Source of the DNA: Psychrobacter sp. HD31 | GTDB lineage: Bacteria > Pseudomonadota > Gammaproteobacteria > Pseudomonadales > Moraxellaceae | Assembly: GCF_051097895.1 (NCBI RefSeq) | Contig: NZ_CP142525.1 | Span: 1,320,001-1,352,000 of the forward strand | Direction of reading: 5' to 3' | DNA length: 32,000 nucleotides | Part shown: positions 27,360 to 32,000 of the stretch, one piece after another | Layout of the letters: every line of letters starts with the position of its first letter | Numbering within the stretch: the first letter of the stretch is position 1 | Notes under the pieces: model-generated | What the model was told of the DNA's origin: nothing | What the model saw: the letters and a program-made list of their open reading frames with translations, nothing else | Databases searched by the model: none | Position numbers and translations under genes: made by a program

Positions 27360-27974
27360 CTATTTGGCAATCAACTCCACAAATAACTCATTGCCCTGAC
27401 GCTTGGGGTGTGAGTTGTAACACGGTGCCATAATGTTGGTGATGAACTGACCTGCAAATAGTGTTTCATACTCTGCTCGGCTGCCTCCAAAAGGCGGTTC
27501 ATCACGTCCAAATTCTTTATCCCACAGCAAACCAATAAGTTTGCCTGCTGGTTTAAGCAGCTCATGCATTTTTTCTACATATTCTGCTCGGCGAGCGATA
27601 TCAATCGCACAAAAAAAGGTCTGTTCTATTGCATAATCAAACTGGTATTGTTTACTATCTATGTTAAAAAAATCTGCCTGCAATAAATGTGCTTTAGGAA
27701 AGTCAGGAAATTTATTTGCTAAATTTTCTAGCGGGGCTTTTGCAAAATCAACCACAATCACATTCACAAACCCTTGCTCATGCAAGTACTCTGCTTCATA
27801 GGCATTGCCAGCCCCTGCAATTAAAATTTTTGCCGTTTTATCAGCCACTTTCATAACGGTATCAATATACGTTTTTATAGGCGGCGAAACATGCCCCATA
27901 TCCCAACCTATTTTGCCCGCTTCATAACGTTGTTGCCAATAATGAGCTTGATTAACATCCGCTGTATTTGTCAT
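27360..27974 (-). CDS. SAM-dependent methyltransferase, thiopurine/halide methyltransferase (TPMT)-like
   Basis: HYWQQRYEAGKIGWDMG N-terminus, motif I ILIAGAGNAYEAEYL, VVDFA, FFCAI. The ATG at 27974 has GAAGAG upstream; the ORF-track start at 27989 has none. Confidence 0.68.
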   Translation of the reverse strand: MTNTADVNQAHYWQQRYEAGKIGWDMGHVSPPIKTYIDTVMKVADKTAKILIAGAGNAYEAEYLHEQGFVNVIVVDFAKAPLENLANKFPDFPKAHLLQADFFNIDSKQYQFDYAIEQTFFCAIDIARRAEYVEKMHELLKPAGKLIGLLWDKEFGRDEPPFGGSRAEYETLFAGQFITNIMAPCYNSHPKRQGNELFVELIAK

Positions 27975-28059
27975 TTTTATCTCTTCCATGTTAAAAAAAT
28001 GGGTTTAAAAACCTTGCTAAAGCACATCATCACACAGTCAATTTATTGAATCACTTAAC

Positions 28060-28881
28060 CTACTCGCTAACCAACTGTCTGACGGTTAAAATCTGTTCGC
28101 TGCGACCAAAAACACCATGCACATCATGCAAAACACTGCTGGTTAGTCCAATACCATCGGTGCCAATTTGCTGAATCGTTTCTAGCCCTAGCCATTGCCC
28201 TTGCGGTATGCGATGCATATGGATTTGCAAGTCGATATTTGGAAATAACCACTCAACATGCCCTGTTGAGGTATCTTGTTGGATTCTTGGTACCACACCA
28301 TTTGCAGTATCGACCAATCCCATAAGTTTAACAAAATCGGTTGTTGGCTGCCCTGCTACCATGTCAACTGGCGTATGCACCCAAACAACGCCACTACCGG
28401 CTCTTCTATCTGGGCTTGCATGTGTGGTAATAGAGCGAATAAAGCCACCACCCCAATGCGCCATGCCATCCCAATTGGGTAGATCTTCTGGATGCGATAT
28501 TCGCTCATCTTCTAGTCCATGCACCTCGGTGGTATCACTGGTAAGCATTCTCCAGGCACGCGCAACCACACAAATTTTGTCATTGGCAATTAGGCTGGCT
28601 TCTACCAGCTCAATGGTGCGTCCACCTCGGATGACTTTGGTAACAACCTCAAAATCACCAAAATGTATCATGCCAAAAATATCTAAGCTAATTCGTCCAA
28701 TCCGCATTTCATCACGTGGGTTAAACTGCTCAAGCTCAGCACACAATATGCCAGTCGCTGGTCCCATGTGTTGCTCGTTCTCATTCCATGCGCCTTGCGC
28801 ATGAGGGGTACTTTTATATTGGGTGGTAGTTACACCATTGTCATCAATAGTGCGCCCTATTAATTGATAATAAGCTGTCAT
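28060..28881 (-). CDS. thioesterase-like (double hot-dog, TesB-related) family protein
   Basis: 273 aa, with size and overall pattern similar to proteins annotated thioesterase family protein. This is the weakest family call in the window. AAGGA RBS supports that it is a real gene. Confidence 0.5.
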   Translation of the reverse strand: MTAYYQLIGRTIDDNGVTTTQYKSTPHAQGAWNENEQHMGPATGILCAELEQFNPRDEMRIGRISLDIFGMIHFGDFEVVTKVIRGGRTIELVEASLIANDKICVVARAWRMLTSDTTEVHGLEDERISHPEDLPNWDGMAHWGGGFIRSITTHASPDRRAGSGVVWVHTPVDMVAGQPTTDFVKLMGLVDTANGVVPRIQQDTSTGHVEWLFPNIDLQIHMHRIPQGQWLGLETIQQIGTDGIGLTSSVLHDVHGVFGRSEQILTVRQLVSE

Positions 28882-28995
28882 TTAAAATCCTTTTTTAATT
28901 ACCCAACTGTTAGGCAAACTTGTTGATTTAAAGTAATAAAATATGAAGTTGGTTGATTGTAGTATAGGCAAAAAAATAGATTTAATCCATTTTGT

Positions 28996-29655
28996 TTAGT
29001 CAACCATATCATTACTACCCACCAATTTACCTGCCAGCATGTCATGCCAATGCTGATAATCTGGCATCGCTTTTGACACTGTGCGCCAAAATTTTGGACT
29101 GTGGTTAGCATGGTGTAGATGGCATAACTCATGGACAATCACATATTCGGTACATTCAATGGGGTACTCTGGTAAATATAGTGACAACCAAATACGTTTG
29201 GCTTTGATGTTACAGCTACCCCAACGCGTTGTCATTTTTTTAATACGCTGTTCGTTAGCCGTTTGGCCCACTACTGGCTGCCATTTGGTAAATAGCGTTG
29301 GCATCACTTTGGCAAGCTCTTGCCGATATAGCTTTAATCGCTGCATTTCATTAAGCTGGATATGAGGGTGCACCTCACCCCAAAGCTTTAATGGAAAATT
29401 TTGATTGGGACTTTGCTGATGCTTAAGTTTATCTTGTTGTTTATTGAGTAGTTTTTGATGAGCGGTGATTGCCCAGTCAAGACGTTGATGTAAAGCATAA
29501 GCCACCTCAACATCGCTGGCATACCAAGGTGCGGATATATTAAGCTGATATGGCTTAATACGAAAATTAATGTTTTTTACTTTTTTACGAGTGATGGTTA
29601 CTTCAATGCCATACTCATGCAAGGTTTTTAAAGTGGCTTTAAAAGCAGGGTTCAT
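28996..29655 (-). CDS. YgjP-like (DUF45/M48-type) zinc metallopeptidase
   Basis: C-terminal VIVHELCHLHHANHSPKFW (HExxH...H), RWGSC motif. I use the ATG at 29655 (AGAGGG 9 nt upstream), 13 nt after the DUF1513 stop, rather than the overlapping 29700. Confidence 0.8.
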   Translation of the reverse strand: MNPAFKATLKTLHEYGIEVTITRKKVKNINFRIKPYQLNISAPWYASDVEVAYALHQRLDWAITAHQKLLNKQQDKLKHQQSPNQNFPLKLWGEVHPHIQLNEMQRLKLYRQELAKVMPTLFTKWQPVVGQTANEQRIKKMTTRWGSCNIKAKRIWLSLYLPEYPIECTEYVIVHELCHLHHANHSPKFWRTVSKAMPDYQHWHDMLAGKLVGSNDMVD

Positions 29656-29668
29656 CAAGCCAAACCCT

Positions 29669-31066
29669 CTATGACTCAACAAATTGCATGTGGTTATCAA
29701 ATGCCATTGGCTGTGTTACCGTATCCGCCTTAAGTTTACCACTTACCAGCGTTAACTCTGTCAAGCCACCTTTGCCATCACTAACAATAAATCCCTCTCC
29801 AGCAACGGCAATACCGGCACAATCAGCAATCTTAACTGTGTCCATCATTTTGTTTGTGAGCATATCAAATACAGATACGCAGCCACCAATTGGGCTAGTC
29901 GCACATATTAAGTTTGATTTAGGGTTAACCATCACACTGGCAATGTAGTGATGAAATTGCCGCCAGCTCACCTCTGCATTATTTGTTGCATATTCGGTAA
30001 GTGCCGTATCCCCAAATTTATGAGTAAGCACCAATGGCATATTAAGGTGTTTTTCTCCCTGAAATTGGATACCCACTGCCACGGTACCTTTTAAATTACC
30101 TTCGGTAATTGCCGAGATATGCCTAACACTCATCTGATTATGTTTTGGCATTATTTGTTGTAATACTTTACCTTCTTCACCACTAACAAGTGATAGATAA
30201 ACCAAGGAAGGCTGCATGGTTTCAAGATTTAGCTCTTCTCTCGAGGCACGCTCGGTTTTAATACCACCGTTAGCAATAATCAGCTTATCACCATCAGGAT
30301 GCAAAATAACCTCATGCGGACCTATGCCATGGGTCGCAAACTCAGCAATTTTTTTATAACCATGCCTCGCATCATACACACCGATAATACCTGCAAACGT
30401 TGTGGTATCATTTTCTGCCACATACAATAAGTTGCCATCCAAACTGTAGCAAGCATGTCCATAAAAATGACGATTAGGCACTTTATCTAACCCTTTGGCT
30501 TTAATGGTGTACACAAGCTCGCCTGTTGCACAGTCCATTATCCAAAAAAACTCACTCGGGCGACGCCCCATAACGGCTACATTTTTATCACACCATACTT
30601 TTTTAGGCTGCACCACAATATCATGCACACGTTCAGGTACACTTGTTTGCCAAACTATTTGGCGTTTTTTATCTATACCAACTACTGAGAAGTCATCAAA
30701 TTCTGCACCAATGGTTTTGTTAGCAACCCCACTCACCCATTCAACTTTTTGTTTGTGATTAAATTGAGTAACCTCGTGATTAACCTCTGTTTGACTATCT
30801 GCTAACTTTGTCTCCTCAGCCGTATCAAATGCTCGATAACGCTCCAGCCAACTTTTATTGGCTTGTTCAATACGTTTTAATTGACTAGTAACCCCCTCGA
30901 AGTAATCCGAGATTTGGGCATTAGGATTGTTACGTTTTCGCCAAAAATGATGCGCCGTTATCGCAGCGGTGGTCGTCATCACTGATAAGCCGAGTGCGCT
31001 AGAAATGGCTGAAAACTTATCATTGAACCTATCATTAGGCTTATGTTTGCTATTTGAGTTAGACAT
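29669..31066 (-). CDS. DUF1513 domain protein (beta-propeller) with extended N-terminus
   Basis: RHFYGHACYSLDGNLLYVAENDTTTFAGIIGVYDA..GYKKIAEFATHGIGPHEVILHPDG..LIIANGGIKT, MSVRHIS, HHYIASV, DCAGIAVAGEGF and AFDNHM match the DUF1513 pattern as I recall it. The N-terminal ~110 aa are extra (hydrophobic FSAISSALGLSVMTTTAAITA, then a charged segment). No clear RBS at 31066, so the start is uncertain. Confidence 0.7.
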   Translation of the reverse strand: MSNSNSKHKPNDRFNDKFSAISSALGLSVMTTTAAITAHHFWRKRNNPNAQISDYFEGVTSQLKRIEQANKSWLERYRAFDTAEETKLADSQTEVNHEVTQFNHKQKVEWVSGVANKTIGAEFDDFSVVGIDKKRQIVWQTSVPERVHDIVVQPKKVWCDKNVAVMGRRPSEFFWIMDCATGELVYTIKAKGLDKVPNRHFYGHACYSLDGNLLYVAENDTTTFAGIIGVYDARHGYKKIAEFATHGIGPHEVILHPDGDKLIIANGGIKTERASREELNLETMQPSLVYLSLVSGEEGKVLQQIMPKHNQMSVRHISAITEGNLKGTVAVGIQFQGEKHLNMPLVLTHKFGDTALTEYATNNAEVSWRQFHHYIASVMVNPKSNLICATSPIGGCVSVFDMLTNKMMDTVKIADCAGIAVAGEGFIVSDGKGGLTELTLVSGKLKADTVTQPMAFDNHMQFVES

Positions 31067-31110
31067 AATGCAACAGAAAAGTTGAGAATGGTTATTGTCT
31101 GTTTATTTTA

Positions 31111-31932
31111 CTATAAATAAAACGCACCCTCTAACATTATTTGCGCCTCCCCTTTTAAAGTTACCGTGCTTTGTTCACTCAATGTTATTTGCATCGAACC
31201 ACCACGAGCCGAGCACTGTAAGGCATTTAAATGTGTTTTACCCAGTTTTTTGCCCCAATAGGTAGCTAAAAAGGTATGAATTGCCCCAGTTACTGGATCC
31301 TCATTGGTACCGACCCACGGCCAAAAATAACGTGACTCAAAATCGTAGTCAGGTTTGTTAGAAATCGCCGTAATGACCACACCATCAATACCGTCAACCG
31401 ATTGCAATAATTGTTCAAAATCTGGGGTTAGGCTTGCTAGTTTTTCACAACAATCAATTTCAATAACCAAGCTGTTAATTTCTTTATTAAAACCGGTATT
31501 AACTATCTCGCTAATGCCTAGCGATTGCAACATGGCAGTTGGGATATTTGTTGGCTCAATTGGTTTAACTTGATACGCTGGGAATGCCATTAATAGCTTA
31601 TCACTGCTTTTGTCTTGTTTAACAGTTAAGTCCACATCATTGATATTTTTAAAACAAATGATTTCCGATTCCCATTTTTTGTGGAATAAAACTTTTGCAG
31701 TTGCTAAGGTTGCATGTCCACATAAGTCGATTTCTTGCGATGGTGAAAAAAATCGGATTTGATAAACCGCTCCCACTTTATGCGTAAATGCGGTTTCAGA
31801 AAAACCCAACTCATTAGCAATGTTTAGCATTTGCTCATCAGTCAATGGTTCATCTAAAAAGCAAACACCTGCTGGGTTGCCTTTAAACTTTTCATTGGTA
31901 AATGAGTCAACGATGTAAGTAGAGATGTTCAT
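31111..31932 (-). CDS. PhzF family phenazine-biosynthesis-like isomerase (YddE-like)
   Basis: 273 aa. VDSFTNEKFKGNPAGV, GFSETAF, FSPSQEIDLCGHATLA, EDPVTGA. AAGGAA RBS. Confidence 0.85.
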   Translation of the reverse strand: MNISTYIVDSFTNEKFKGNPAGVCFLDEPLTDEQMLNIANELGFSETAFTHKVGAVYQIRFFSPSQEIDLCGHATLATAKVLFHKKWESEIICFKNINDVDLTVKQDKSSDKLLMAFPAYQVKPIEPTNIPTAMLQSLGISEIVNTGFNKEINSLVIEIDCCEKLASLTPDFEQLLQSVDGIDGVVITAISNKPDYDFESRYFWPWVGTNEDPVTGAIHTFLATYWGKKLGKTHLNALQCSARGGSMQITLSEQSTVTLKGEAQIMLEGAFYL

Positions 31933-32000
31933 TGAAGTTCCTTTATATTTGACGTGACATTGAGTTTAACAAGTTTCATCAAATCACAACCCATACAATT

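Noticed and set aside
28208-28804. 198-aa plus-strand ORF, plus a 68-aa one at 28276-28482
   Set aside because: It is fully antisense to the thioesterase-like gene. The product is rich in Ser/Thr/Pro/Cys with no recognisable motif and no RBS, typical of a shadow ORF opposite a real gene.
1-32000. Search for a novel defence, mobile or accessory island, as the prompt suggests
   Set aside because: I saw no integrase, transposase or recombinase, no tRNA or attachment-like direct repeats, no CRISPR repeats, no ATPase/nuclease/TIR/SIR2-like genes and no obvious compositional break by eye. Nearly every ORF over 200 aa matches a well-known housekeeping family. I therefore call the window ordinary core chromosome.

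Overview
I read this window as ordinary core chromosome from an AT-rich gammaproteobacterium. A Moraxellaceae-like origin is a guess from gene content and protein similarity recalled from memory, and nothing was computed. It holds about 30 recognisable housekeeping genes. In order: a crotonase-family gene cut by the left edge; a GacS/BarA-type hybrid sensor kinase divergent from cysM; a PolB-exo-like exonuclease; aldB-like aldehyde dehydrogenase; cydA-cydB-cydX (cydX is absent from the ORF track); a rhomboid protease; an MltB-like lytic transglycosylase lipoprotein; hslO; birA-coaX; a DUF4395 membrane protein; a stand-alone ahpF; ydcH; ppnP; nadM-nadV; an SGNH hydrolase; rpmE2 (type B L31); a LOG-family protein; an alpha/beta hydrolase; ahpC divergent from oxyR; then a same-strand run of methyltransferase, thioesterase-like protein, YgjP-type metallopeptidase, DUF1513 propeller and PhzF-family isomerase. 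I found no transposase, integrase, CRISPR array, rRNA/tRNA gene, toxin-antitoxin pair or recognisable defence gene, and no convincing undescribed multi-gene system. The most checkable leads are modest. (1) A 45-codon ORF with a strong Shine-Dalgarno sits in the unusually long cydA leader. (2) A ~210-nt terminator-less tail after ahpC carries two 14-codon MC-initiated hydrophobic mini-ORFs. (3) An orphan DUF1513 protein with an extra N-terminal module is tightly coupled to a YgjP-type HExxH peptidase. (4) Near-identical hairpins bracket aldB. (5) Paired hairpins in the aldB leader include one with a GGA loop. All family calls rest on motif recognition and remembered homologues, not on database searches.
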